From positions 1-38,724 of the IMG/VR virus record IMGVR_UViG_3300037478_000090: a DNA stretch of 38,724 nucleotides. One strand, written 5' to 3'. The notes below the pieces were generated by a model that saw nothing but the letters and a program-made list of their open reading frames with translations, was not told where the DNA came from and searched no databases. Of the stretch, positions 1-8,176 are shown one piece after another (positions within the stretch are counted from its first letter, which is position 1; every line of letters begins with the position of its first letter). Source of the DNA: a virus. Its lineage: Duplodnaviria > Caudoviricetes. Both the position numbers and the translations under genes were made by a program.

Positions 1-589
1 CCACCCGGCTCAGGAGTACCTGGACGTGCGGGACGGCGAGCACATTCTCGCGTACATGGAGCTCTACGGTCCGTTCGACTACATCGTCTACACGGCCGGT
101 GTGAACCAGCTCAAGTGGGTGTCGGAGGTCAGGGCCCGGGACCTGCAGGCGACCTACTCGGTCAACCTGTTCGGCTTCATCCTGGTGTGCGGCGCGCAGG
201 CCGAAGCGTTCCCCGGTCACGAGACGCGGGCCATCACGGTCGTGTCGGACAGCTCCCACACGCCCATGCGCGGCTCCATCGCGTACTGCTCGTCCAAGGC
301 CGCGCTCGTCATGGCGATCAAGTGCCTGGCCCGCGAGCTCGCGCCCACCTGGTCCGTCAACGGCATCTCCCCCGGCATCATCGAGGACACGCCGATGACG
401 AACTACATCGACTCGACCGTGCCTGGGTTCCGTGGCTGGGACCCGAGCAAGGCCAAGGCGTACGAAGCGTCCATGATCCCCATGGGGCGTCGCGCCACCA
501 AGGAGGAGGTCAGCCACCTCCTCATGGACGCCCTCAAGGCACCGGCTTACATGTCGGGCAACATCACCGAGCTCACCGGAGGTAAGTAA
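1..589 (+). CDS. Short-chain dehydrogenase/reductase (SDR, FabG-like), 5' end outside window
   Basis: The frame is open from position 2 (HPAQEYLDVRDGEH...). SDR motifs are present: YTAGVN (NAG-like), VNLFG, catalytic Ser (VSDSS), YCSSK (YxxxK), VNGISPG and C-terminal PMGR...YMSG. The N-terminal Rossmann Gly motif lies upstream of the window. Confidence 0.85.
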   Translation, partial: HPAQEYLDVRDGEHILAYMELYGPFDYIVYTAGVNQLKWVSEVRARDLQATYSVNLFGFILVCGAQAEAFPGHETRAITVVSDSSHTPMRGSIAYCSSKAALVMAIKCLARELAPTWSVNGISPGIIEDTPMTNYIDSTVPGFRGWDPSKAKAYEASMIPMGRRATKEEVSHLLMDALKAPAYMSGNITELTGGK

Positions 590-592
590 CAC

Positions 593-1135
593 ATGCTGGA
601 GCAGAAGGCGACGATCGGCAAGCTGGAGTACCAGTTCCACCAGGTCGCGATGTACTATCCGACCTTCGAGCAGGCCATCAAGGCCATGTCGATGTGGGTC
701 GGGATGGGCCACGAGTTCGCCGAGGACGCGGCCACGCTCCGCGGAGCAACCAAGACCGGCGTCGACGCGGACGGTTGGGCCGAGTGGAAGAAGTCCGTCA
801 CTCAGGCGCACATGTTCTTCAACTACACCATCATGCCGATGGAGTTCGAGGTCCTGCACTACTCGGCGGGAGACCACCGGTACACGCAGCCCGGCTTCGG
901 CGGCGATCCGTTCCTGTCGCACTTCTCGGTCTACACCGAGAACCTGGAGCGGGAGGCCGGTGAGCTCGCGGGCGTCCTGGGCTTCGGTCCGTACTACAAG
1001 TTCACGACCGAGGGCCACACCAACCCGCGAGTCAAGGGCAAGAAGCGGTTCACGGAGACGATCTTCGACACCCGCTCCCTGATCGGCGCGGATCTGAAGT
1101 TCATCCAGAAGGTGGCCTGGGACTACCAGGGCTAG
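593..1135 (+). CDS. VOC/glyoxalase-fold protein (methylmalonyl-CoA epimerase-like)
   Basis: GGAGG RBS upstream. The pattern FHQVAMY...FEVLHY...LSHFSVY...LKFIQ matches the H/E/H/(E) metal-ligand strands of the VOC superfamily, with the last Glu replaced by Lys. Confidence 0.55.
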   Translation: MLEQKATIGKLEYQFHQVAMYYPTFEQAIKAMSMWVGMGHEFAEDAATLRGATKTGVDADGWAEWKKSVTQAHMFFNYTIMPMEFEVLHYSAGDHRYTQPGFGGDPFLSHFSVYTENLEREAGELAGVLGFGPYYKFTTEGHTNPRVKGKKRFTETIFDTRSLIGADLKFIQKVAWDYQG

Positions 1136-1149
1136 GTCGGCAGCAGAAC

Positions 1150-1181
1150 GCGGGGAGCCTCGGACAGCCGGGGCTCCCCGC
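1150..1181 (+). terminator. GC-rich hairpin after the VOC gene (putative intrinsic terminator without U-tract)
   Basis: GCGGGGAGCCTCGG-ACAG-CCGGGGCTCCCCGC forms a 14-bp stem with one G-U pair. Confidence 0.55.
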
Positions 1182-1200
1182 TCGCACGATAGGGAGCAGG

Positions 1201-1473
1201 ATGTCGTCGAACATATCGTCGCTTCGGAGATCAGATGTAACCTGGATTCTCGAAGAGATCATGAAGGCAGACAGCGAGATCGCAGCCGGCAACAAGGACC
1301 GATACATGTCCGGTCGAGCCGTGGCGCTGAAGGCATGCGCAAGCCACTTCATGAGCGTCAGTCGAAGCGATCTCGATCGCTATATGAAATGGCTCGTCCC
1401 GGAGGTAGAATCCGGAAAGCGCATCGGCGCTCTGCCTGAACCGCTCGCATGGGTAAGAGGTAATCCTGCATGA
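1201..1473 (+). CDS. Hypothetical protein (90 aa), lower-GC codon usage
   Basis: AGGGAG RBS; the stop overlaps the dnaE start (ATGA); fills the gap between hairpin and dnaE. Confidence 0.65.
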   Translation: MSSNISSLRRSDVTWILEEIMKADSEIAAGNKDRYMSGRAVALKACASHFMSVSRSDLDRYMKWLVPEVESGKRIGALPEPLAWVRGNPA

Positions 1474-4400
1474 AGTACGTGTCCCTTCATCACCACACGA
1501 CGTATTCGTATGCCGATGGATTCGGGTCGCCCGACGCGCACTTCAAGCGCGCTGCGGACCTGGGGATGTCGGCCATGGCCGTCACCGAGCACGGCAACGT
1601 CTCGTCGCAGGTCAAGGCGTCGCTCGCGGGTGAGAAGTACGGGCTCAAGCCGATCTACGGTCTGGAGGCGTACACCGCTCCGATCGATATGCGCGAGACC
1701 AAGAACACCCGCAAGTGGCATCTGACCCTGCTGGCGATGAACGAAGAGGGGCACTTCAACCTCAACCAGATCGTCTCCAGGTCATGGGCCGAGGGGTTCT
1801 ATCGATGGCCGACGGTCACGGGCAACATCCTGAAGGATCACCACCAGGGGCTCATCGTGCTCTCTGGCTGCGCAGACTCGATGCTGGCATGCAACCTTCT
1901 CGGAGGCAAGGGAATCGAGACGGGCGACGAGCGCCGAGCCCGCAAGGTGATCGAGAACTTCAAGCGGCTGCTCGGAGATCGGTACTACCTGGAGACGCAG
2001 CAGTTCCCGGAGCTGGGCAGGACCAAGCAACTCAACGAGTGGTACGAGCAGATGTCGAAGCGCTATGGCATCCCGCTCGTCGCCACGTCGGACTGCCACT
2101 ACCCCATGCCCGAAGACAACGGGATGCAGAGGATCCTTCACGCGGCCAACCGGGGGCTCGGCACGGTTGCGGCGGCGGACGCGGGCTGGGAGTACGACAT
2201 CCGCCTGACGCTCCCCACGTCGGACAAGATGATCTACGAGCGCCTGCGAGCGACCGGCCTGAGTAAGTCCGGGGCCGAGCAGGCCATCGCCTCTACGGCC
2301 GAAATCGCGGCTCGGTGTAACGTGGAGATCCCGAAGATGGATCGGGTTCGATACCCCATCGAGCAGGAGGCCAACTTCAGAGAGGGCATGTCGCATCTGG
2401 ACATGTTCAAGCAGTGGCTCAACGACGGCTGGAAGTATCGCAAGCTGGACAAGCTCCGTGGCAAGGAGAAGCAGCGCTACATGGAGCGCGTCCGGTACGA
2501 GATGGACCTTATGGCGTCGAAGGACTTCATCGATTACTTCCTGATGCTGTCCGATGCGGTTCGCCACACCAAGGATGCCGGCATCCCCGTCGGACCGGCT
2601 CGTGGCTCGGCCGCAGCATCTCTCGTCTGCTACATCCTCCGCATCACGGAGATCGACCCGCTTCGATATCCCATGATGATGTTCGAGCGGTTCATCGACC
2701 CCAACCGGCACGACCTCCCAGACGTCGACCTCGACTTCGCGGACGAGCAGCGGGACTACGTTCGCCAGCACATGATCATGCGCTATGGCGAGAACCGTGT
2801 TGGCAACATCGGGACCTACACCCGCTATCGCGGGAAGAACTCCCTGGACGACGTCGCTCGGGTGTACGAGATCCCGAAGTTCGAGATCGACCGCGCCAAG
2901 GAGTTCTTGGTCGAGCGATCCGGAGGAGACAGCCGGTTCGATGCGTCGCTTGAGGACACCGTGGCGCAGTTCCCCGTCGTCAAGGAGGTGTTCGACAAGT
3001 ATCCCGAGCTGTACACGTCGATCGAGCTGGAGGGCAACCTCAAGGGCTTCGGCGTTCACGCGGCCGGTGTGGTTGTGGGGGCCGACGACCTCAACAGGTA
3101 TTGCGCTCTGTATACCCGGCACGATGTCGGCGTCGAGAAGAAGACGCTCTCGGTGTTGTCGCTCGACAAGTACGACGGCGAACACCTTGGCGTGCTGAAG
3201 CTGGACGCTCTCGGGCTCACCACGATGGGCATGATCAAGATCGCCCTCGACCTTATCGACATGCCGCTCGAAGAGCTGTACGAGATTCCGATGGACGACC
3301 CGAAGACGCTCGCCGCGTTCAAGAAGGCGGACGTGATCGGCATCTTCCAGTTCGAGGGCAGGACCACTCGGATGGTCTGCCAGGAGGTGGCTCCGGAGAA
3401 CTTCATGGAGCTCGCAGACATCAACGCGCTCAGCCGCCCCGGTCCGCTTCACTCCGGACAGACCGGAGACTACATCGCCATCAAGCACGGCCGAGGCAAG
3501 ATCGAGCATCTGCACCCGTTCATCTCCAAGCTCACGGAGACCACGCACGGCCAGATCATCTATCAGGAGCAGATCCTGGCCATCTGTCGAGAGATCGGCA
3601 AGTTCCCGTGGCTTCACGCGGCCACGATCCGCAAGGTCATCGCTCAGAAGAAGGGCGAGGCTGCATTCAACGTCCTGTACGAGGACTTCATGAAGGGAGC
3701 GACCGGACAGGGAATCGATGAGCGCACGGCCGACATGATCTGGAAGAAGATGGTTACGGCTGGTGCGTACGCATTCAACATCGCGCACTGCATCTCGTAC
3801 GCCATGCTGGCCTTCTGGTGCATGTGGCTGAAGGTGCACCATCCGATCGCGTTCTACGCAGCACAGCTCCGCAAGACGCCCGTGGATCCGAAGAAGATGA
3901 AGCACATCGCAGTGATGCGCGACATGTCGGATGCACGTTACGGGCGGGACTTCAAGGTGTATCCGCCGGACCTCAACACGAGCTCCGAGACCTGGGAGCG
4001 ACACCCGAACGGCGACGGCGTCCAGGCCGGGTTCCTCCAGATCAAGGGCATCGGCGGGAGCTACGCCAAGGCGATCACTGACGCCCGCGAAGAGATGGGA
4101 GGCTTCGAGAGTTGGGGCGACCTCATCAAGGTGCGGGGCATCGGGGCGGCCAAGATGGAGATGATCACGGCCTTCTGCCAGAAGGAAGATCCATTCGATC
4201 TCGGGAAACTTAAGAACGGATCTGCGGCGATCGTAAAGGCCATTCGACGTGGCCAGTTGGGGAGCTTGCCCCTCCCCGATACGCTGGCGGATGACATCCC
4301 GTACGACGCAAAGCGTTCTCGACACGCTATACTCGGAACCGTCCGAGCTCGAAACCTCCAGGACATGTTCGAGAATCACAGGTCGCGGACCGGTGAGGAG

Positions 4401-4640
4401 CTCGATCCGAAGGAGGTTAAGGACCCGCATCTCAAGGACAGCATGACGCTGTACATGGAGGACGAGTCCGGCCTGATGACTGTCAAGGTCAACAGGTGGT
4501 TGTACCCCAAGCTGAAGGACGCGCTCTGGGACATCAAGCTGGGCCACGACTTCGTGCTCATGCGGGTGGAGAAGAAAGCGTTCTACGGCAAGACCGTCCA
4601 CTGCAATCAGATGTGGGTCATCGACCCCGAAGACGACTAG
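1470..4640 (+). CDS. dnaE: DNA polymerase III alpha subunit (DnaE-type, family C) with PHP domain
   Basis: PHP motifs HHHTTYSYADG, TEHG, HLTLL, SGC and TSDCHY. Polymerase motifs GPARGSAAASLV, PDVDLDF, HAAGVV, KLDALGL, GIFQFE, YQEQ and YAFNIAH. HhH motifs IKGIG and VRGIG, followed by a C-terminal OB-like region. Confidence 0.97.
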   Translation: MKYVSLHHHTTYSYADGFGSPDAHFKRAADLGMSAMAVTEHGNVSSQVKASLAGEKYGLKPIYGLEAYTAPIDMRETKNTRKWHLTLLAMNEEGHFNLNQIVSRSWAEGFYRWPTVTGNILKDHHQGLIVLSGCADSMLACNLLGGKGIETGDERRARKVIENFKRLLGDRYYLETQQFPELGRTKQLNEWYEQMSKRYGIPLVATSDCHYPMPEDNGMQRILHAANRGLGTVAAADAGWEYDIRLTLPTSDKMIYERLRATGLSKSGAEQAIASTAEIAARCNVEIPKMDRVRYPIEQEANFREGMSHLDMFKQWLNDGWKYRKLDKLRGKEKQRYMERVRYEMDLMASKDFIDYFLMLSDAVRHTKDAGIPVGPARGSAAASLVCYILRITEIDPLRYPMMMFERFIDPNRHDLPDVDLDFADEQRDYVRQHMIMRYGENRVGNIGTYTRYRGKNSLDDVARVYEIPKFEIDRAKEFLVERSGGDSRFDASLEDTVAQFPVVKEVFDKYPELYTSIELEGNLKGFGVHAAGVVVGADDLNRYCALYTRHDVGVEKKTLSVLSLDKYDGEHLGVLKLDALGLTTMGMIKIALDLIDMPLEELYEIPMDDPKTLAAFKKADVIGIFQFEGRTTRMVCQEVAPENFMELADINALSRPGPLHSGQTGDYIAIKHGRGKIEHLHPFISKLTETTHGQIIYQEQILAICREIGKFPWLHAATIRKVIAQKKGEAAFNVLYEDFMKGATGQGIDERTADMIWKKMVTAGAYAFNIAHCISYAMLAFWCMWLKVHHPIAFYAAQLRKTPVDPKKMKHIAVMRDMSDARYGRDFKVYPPDLNTSSETWERHPNGDGVQAGFLQIKGIGGSYAKAITDAREEMGGFESWGDLIKVRGIGAAKMEMITAFCQKEDPFDLGKLKNGSAAIVKAIRRGQLGSLPLPDTLADDIPYDAKRSRHAILGTVRARNLQDMFENHRSRTGEELDPKEVKDPHLKDSMTLYMEDESGLMTVKVNRWLYPKLKDALWDIKLGHDFVLMRVEKKAFYGKTVHCNQMWVIDPEDD

Positions 4641-4654
4641 GAAGGAGCGCCACC

Positions 4655-4801
4655 ATGGGGCTCAAGGATCGGATCGTGCAGACCACGGCGAGCAACCTCA
4701 TGTTGGCGCTCTCGTTCGGAGGCGGCTCCTGGCTGATGCTCAAGGCGATGCCTTGGCTGATCAGCTCGGGCGTGCTCCCTGTCCACGTGGTGATGAAGTG
4801 A
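4655..4801 (+). CDS. Small membrane protein (48 aa)
   Basis: GAAGGAG RBS before ATG 4655; hydrophobic sequence MGLKDRIVQTTASNLMLALSFGGGSWLMLKAMPWLI...; GTGA overlap with the next ORF. Confidence 0.6.
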   Translation: MGLKDRIVQTTASNLMLALSFGGGSWLMLKAMPWLISSGVLPVHVVMK

Positions 4802-4947
4802 CGAACACGATGCGCCGGATCCGCTCGTACCAGCGAGCGACCCGGCGTCGTAAGAGCAACCAGATGTTCCAGGGCAAGATGCTCGTGCATCTCGTCCAGT
4901 CCAAGACCGCCAACACTCGCAAGTCTCTGAAGGAGCAGAACCGATGA
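4798..4947 (+). CDS. Small basic hypothetical protein (49 aa)
   Basis: GTGA overlap upstream and ATGA overlap downstream; Arg/Lys-rich. Confidence 0.5.
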   Translation: MTNTMRRIRSYQRATRRRKSNQMFQGKMLVHLVQSKTANTRKSLKEQNR

Positions 4948-5576
4948 GCCAGATCGCGACCGTCGAGCTGATCTACGTGGCCAAGAGCGGACGGCAGTAC
5001 CGAGCGCAGCACAAGCAGGTGCACCTCGGCTGGGAGCTGGAGGACCTGGAGCAGCAGGCCAAGTCGGCCATCTCGCTGCGGGACTACGCCATCGAGTTCG
5101 TCAACGACCGGGGCCACAAGCAGTACATCATGCCCACGGACCTGGAGACGGTGATCGTCAACGTCGTCGCCGTCACGGAGGAGCGCTGGGAGGAGCCCGC
5201 GTACGAGGAGCTGCAGCAGAAGTGGAATCAGCAGCTCAAGCCGTACGGCGAGCCCAAGCCCGCTACGATCCAGGAGCCCGCGTCCGCCCCGGATCCCGAG
5301 CAGGTCCGAGCCGTCGGCACCGCGCTGATGACGCGCAAGGCGCAGCCCCGCCGGAGTCCGGTTCAGCCGGTGACGCCGGATGGCGAGACCACGCAGTCGA
5401 TCAAGATCACGTGGCCCGTGCAGGAGGTGCCCGTTCCGCAGCAGCGGGTCAACTGGGCCAACGGCAGCACCGACGAGACGCAGCCCATTCCGACGGTCGG
5501 CGGCATGTCCATGGACGACGCGACCAAGGTCGTTGAGCGGGTCGCGGCCGGTGGTACGGTGACGCCGGGCTCGTAG
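4944..5576 (+). CDS. Hypothetical protein with Pro/Gln/Thr-rich C-terminal half
   Basis: AAGGAG RBS, high-GC3 codon usage, 210 aa. Confidence 0.75.
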   Translation: MSQIATVELIYVAKSGRQYRAQHKQVHLGWELEDLEQQAKSAISLRDYAIEFVNDRGHKQYIMPTDLETVIVNVVAVTEERWEEPAYEELQQKWNQQLKPYGEPKPATIQEPASAPDPEQVRAVGTALMTRKAQPRRSPVQPVTPDGETTQSIKITWPVQEVPVPQQRVNWANGSTDETQPIPTVGGMSMDDATKVVERVAAGGTVTPGS

Positions 5577-5583
5577 CTCGGAC

Positions 5584-5624
5584 GCGGAGGCCGCTCGCTG
5601 GCCGCTCGCCGAGCGAGCCTCCGC
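5584..5624 (+). terminator. Imperfect GC-rich hairpin in intergenic region
   Basis: GCGGAGGC-CGCTCG ... CGAGCG-A-GCCTCCGC inverted repeat directly after the stop at 5576. Confidence 0.45.
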
Positions 5625-5702
5625 CCCTTGGGCCAAGGTATTCAGGCCGATGAGATCGCCCATTAGGCGGGCGTCTACGGCTTCTCACAGGAACGGAACC
5701 GA

Positions 5703-6068
5703 ATGAGCGACAAGCCGATCAAGCTGGATCGTCCGGAGAATCCCCTGGACTCCAACCACATCATGATGATGATGGCCATCCGGGAGGAGCGCAAGCGGCA
5801 GCTCGAGAAGTGGGGAGTGCAGAGGCATCCGCACGGCACCGGTCTGGCTGCGGCCGGAGCGATCATGGAGCAGTGGAAGCAGATCTGCGACTCCAACAAC
5901 TCTGCCGGCATCGACGACTGGCTGACCATCGCGGCTGAAGAGTTCTTCGAGGTCGCGGCCGAAACGAACAAGCGCAAGCTGTTCGACGAGGTTGTCCAGC
6001 TCGCGGCCGTCATGACGGCATGGGGCGAGTCCATCATCGAAGAGATCAAGAGGGAGAACGGCAAGTGA
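5703..6068 (+). CDS. MazG-like all-alpha NTP pyrophosphatase family protein
   Basis: ER..Q..KWG.Q.H N-terminus and IAAEEFFEVAAE...DEVVQLAAV resemble the EExxE...ExxD acidic motif of MazG-like proteins, with D replaced by Q. Confidence 0.55.
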   Translation: MSDKPIKLDRPENPLDSNHIMMMMAIREERKRQLEKWGVQRHPHGTGLAAAGAIMEQWKQICDSNNSAGIDDWLTIAAEEFFEVAAETNKRKLFDEVVQLAAVMTAWGESIIEEIKRENGK

Positions 6069-7117
6069 GCATCGGCAACGGCACCCCGGACTGGCTGGAC
6101 GAGCACCGCATGGAGGTTCCCTACTCGCCTCTGACGTCTGCTCCGCACTACAACCACAACCCGGACGACCACGACAACATCACGCTGGCCGACGTCGCCT
6201 TCAACAAGCACTCGGTCAACGATGGCGAGCATGTCTCGCCGAACGACAACGGCGAGATCCTCACGGGCACCGCCGGTCTCGAAGTCAAGCTCGTGCAGGG
6301 AATCGACCAGGAGCTGTTCAAGGCGGTCCTGTCGTCGGCCACGCGGGCCACGGTCGGCATCTCCCCGGACGGCGGCGACGACAACCGCGACTGGGAGGAG
6401 ATGATGCGAGGCGGACTGCAGTCCGCGCTGGAGACGCAGTCGATGGTCTTCCAGGTCTTCGGTGCGAGCCGCGCTCTGACCCACCAGCTCGTCCGGTCGC
6501 GCAACGCGGCCTTCCACCAGCAGAGCCAGCGAGCGACGTTCTACGGCGACCGGCCGGACGTCCGCATGCCGCTGTCCGTCTGGAAGAACGCGAGGGCTCG
6601 AGAGGCGTACGAGCACGCGACCGAAGCGGCGTGGCGCGCGTACGAGATCGCATGCGACGAGGACATCTCGTACCAGGACGCGCGGTTCATCCTGCCCGAG
6701 GCGACGGTGAACTTCATCCAGTGCACCTACACGGTGCGGGAGTTCATCAACGTGTTCGCCTACCGGGGCTGCTCCATGTTCATGTGGGAGATGGTGGACG
6801 TGATGCGCAAGATGCGCACCGCGATCCTGGAGCAGTCGCCCTGGCTGGAGCCGTACATCAAGATCTCCTGCGAGAAGACCGGCACGCTCTGCATCGAGTG
6901 CCTCGGAGACGGCGAGGTCGTCATCGACGAGGTCTACGGGACCAAGGGCAAGTGCGGGCTCTGCAACGGGCAGGGTCGCCAGGGTGCCAAGTGCACGTTC
7001 CAGGGCTGGGAGTCGCCGGAAGGACAGTGCGACAAGCCCTGGGCCAAGAACGAGCAGCGGTCGTTCAAGCCGCTGTTCCACACCATCGGCCGTCGGCCGG
7101 GAATGGACGAGAAGTGA
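6065..7117 (+). CDS. thyX: ThyX-like flavin-dependent thymidylate synthase, divergent, with C-terminal Zn-ribbon insertion
   Basis: SRALTHQLVRSRNAAFHQQSQR matches RHRx7S with H replaced by S; DARFILP and TVREFINVFAYR are present. The GTG start overlaps the upstream TGA. Two CxxCxGxG motifs lie near the C-terminus. Confidence 0.85.
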   Translation: MSIGNGTPDWLDEHRMEVPYSPLTSAPHYNHNPDDHDNITLADVAFNKHSVNDGEHVSPNDNGEILTGTAGLEVKLVQGIDQELFKAVLSSATRATVGISPDGGDDNRDWEEMMRGGLQSALETQSMVFQVFGASRALTHQLVRSRNAAFHQQSQRATFYGDRPDVRMPLSVWKNARAREAYEHATEAAWRAYEIACDEDISYQDARFILPEATVNFIQCTYTVREFINVFAYRGCSMFMWEMVDVMRKMRTAILEQSPWLEPYIKISCEKTGTLCIECLGDGEVVIDEVYGTKGKCGLCNGQGRQGAKCTFQGWESPEGQCDKPWAKNEQRSFKPLFHTIGRRPGMDEK

Positions 7118-7584
7118 GCAGCAAGCGAGTTCAGAAGTTCGCCATCGCGTTCGCCAGCGGTGTGGCCGTGCTCGTCGTCGCGAGCGCCGTTGCCAGCGCG
7201 GGAGGGGACGACGGCAAGACGGCGACTCCGAGCCCCAAGCCGAACGCGGCTCCGACCGCACCGGCCAAGACCGAAGGCGACACCAACCCGCAGCCGGATC
7301 CGGTCCGCAAGACGCCGCTCCAGGAGTTCCAGGCGTGCGTGGCCAAGGGCGGGACGGCCACCGAGAAGGCCGCTGTCAAGCACGTCGTCAAGCTGTCCGG
7401 GATGGACGACTGGAACGGCATCCTCGACAACCCGAAGGCGTTCACCGACTACATGGGCGGCATCCGTCGCGGAGCCGACGCCACGCTGATCGCCTCCGCG
7501 TTCGCCGACTGCTACAAGTCGGACAACGGGCTGCTCACGGTCTACACCTCGGACGGTCACGTCGCGGGCAACGGCCAGTTCTGA
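7114..7584 (+). CDS. Secreted or membrane-anchored protein
   Basis: Basic N-terminus, hydrophobic helix (KRVQKFAIAFASGVAVLVVASAVASA), Pro/Thr linker and a two-Cys globular domain; GTGA overlap with thyX. Confidence 0.75.
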   Translation: MSSKRVQKFAIAFASGVAVLVVASAVASAGGDDGKTATPSPKPNAAPTAPAKTEGDTNPQPDPVRKTPLQEFQACVAKGGTATEKAAVKHVVKLSGMDDWNGILDNPKAFTDYMGGIRRGADATLIASAFADCYKSDNGLLTVYTSDGHVAGNGQF

Positions 7585-7585
7585 C

Positions 7586-7690
7586 GTGCTCGGCAAGCTG
7601 ATGTGCCCGGTGTGCTGGAGGTTCCGTGGGTCGCCGATCCACTGGTTCGTCCGGCTCGCCGGGCTGTGCGACGGAAGGAACGGCTGGTGA
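7586..7690 (+). CDS. Putative 34-aa micropeptide with CPVC motif (not in ORF track)
   Basis: VLGKLMCPVCWRFRGSPIHWFVRLAGLCDGRNGW* starts 1 nt after the upstream stop and ends in a GTGA overlap with the next ORF. Confidence 0.4.
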   Translation: MLGKLMCPVCWRFRGSPIHWFVRLAGLCDGRNGW

Positions 7691-7914
7691 CTGGAAAGCC
7701 TCACAGCGAGGAGTGTGCACACCTTCCCGATCCCGAACTGCTTCGGGTCGGAGGCCTGTACTGGTGTGCACCTTGCCAGGCGTACTTCCATGTTCATGCG
7801 TTCGAGGGAGTCTTCGGCGCATACGACCGCGTGTGGCGATACCCCAACAAGGCGCGGATGCTGTGGTTCTGGGCAACCGGCCGCGTCAGCTGGTCCGAGA
7901 TCTGGAGGCAGTGA
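7687..7914 (+). CDS. Small hypothetical protein with HxxxC and CxxC, Trp-rich
   Basis: GAAGGA RBS before GTG 7687; HSEEC...WCAPC. Confidence 0.6.
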   Translation: MTGKPHSEECAHLPDPELLRVGGLYWCAPCQAYFHVHAFEGVFGAYDRVWRYPNKARMLWFWATGRVSWSEIWRQ

Positions 7915-8048
7915 TGGAGTTCGATCACAACTGGGAGCCCGGCGAGCACGACACGCCGCTCCGACGTTGGGTCCGAAGGGTCGCGTTCGTTGTCGCGATC
8001 GTCGTGTTCGTGTGGGTCGGATCTCTTACGATGGGAGGCGGCTGGTGA
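7914..8048 (+). CDS. Small single-pass membrane protein
   Basis: GGAGG RBS; RRVAFVVAIVVFVWVGSL hydrophobic helix. Confidence 0.6.
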   Translation: MEFDHNWEPGEHDTPLRRWVRRVAFVVAIVVFVWVGSLTMGGGW

Positions 8049-8176
8049 TCACCATACTGAATCTCGCCGCAGAGGACAGCAGCACCAGCATCTCCGGCAA
8101 GAGCATTCTCGTCATCGTCGTGATCGCCATCGTGCTCGTGTGGGCCGGTTCGTCCGGCTCGGGGCGCGGCCGGTGA
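8045..8176 (+). CDS. Small single-pass membrane protein
   Basis: GGAGG RBS, GTGA overlap; KSILVIVVIAIVLVWAG helix. Confidence 0.6.
   Translation: MITILNLAAEDSSTSISGKSILVIVVIAIVLVWAGSSGSGRGR

Noticed and set aside
1782-4601. 939-aa antisense ORF opposite dnaE (likewise 16712-18913, 31954-34011, 5675-7261, 36167-37531)
   Set aside because: These are shadow ORFs caused by high-GC3 codon bias in the real gene. They have no motifs or RBS and fully overlap well-supported genes.
1470-4640. Intein or intron in dnaE (or in terL)
   Set aside because: Lengths are normal, the motifs are contiguous, and no intein splice-junction or LAGLIDADG motifs were seen.
5669-5683. GGGCGTCTACGGCTT resembling GGGCGTGTACGGCCT at 30826-30840
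   Set aside because: A 13/15 match between two GC-rich intergenic sites in opposite transcriptional orientation is plausibly chance.
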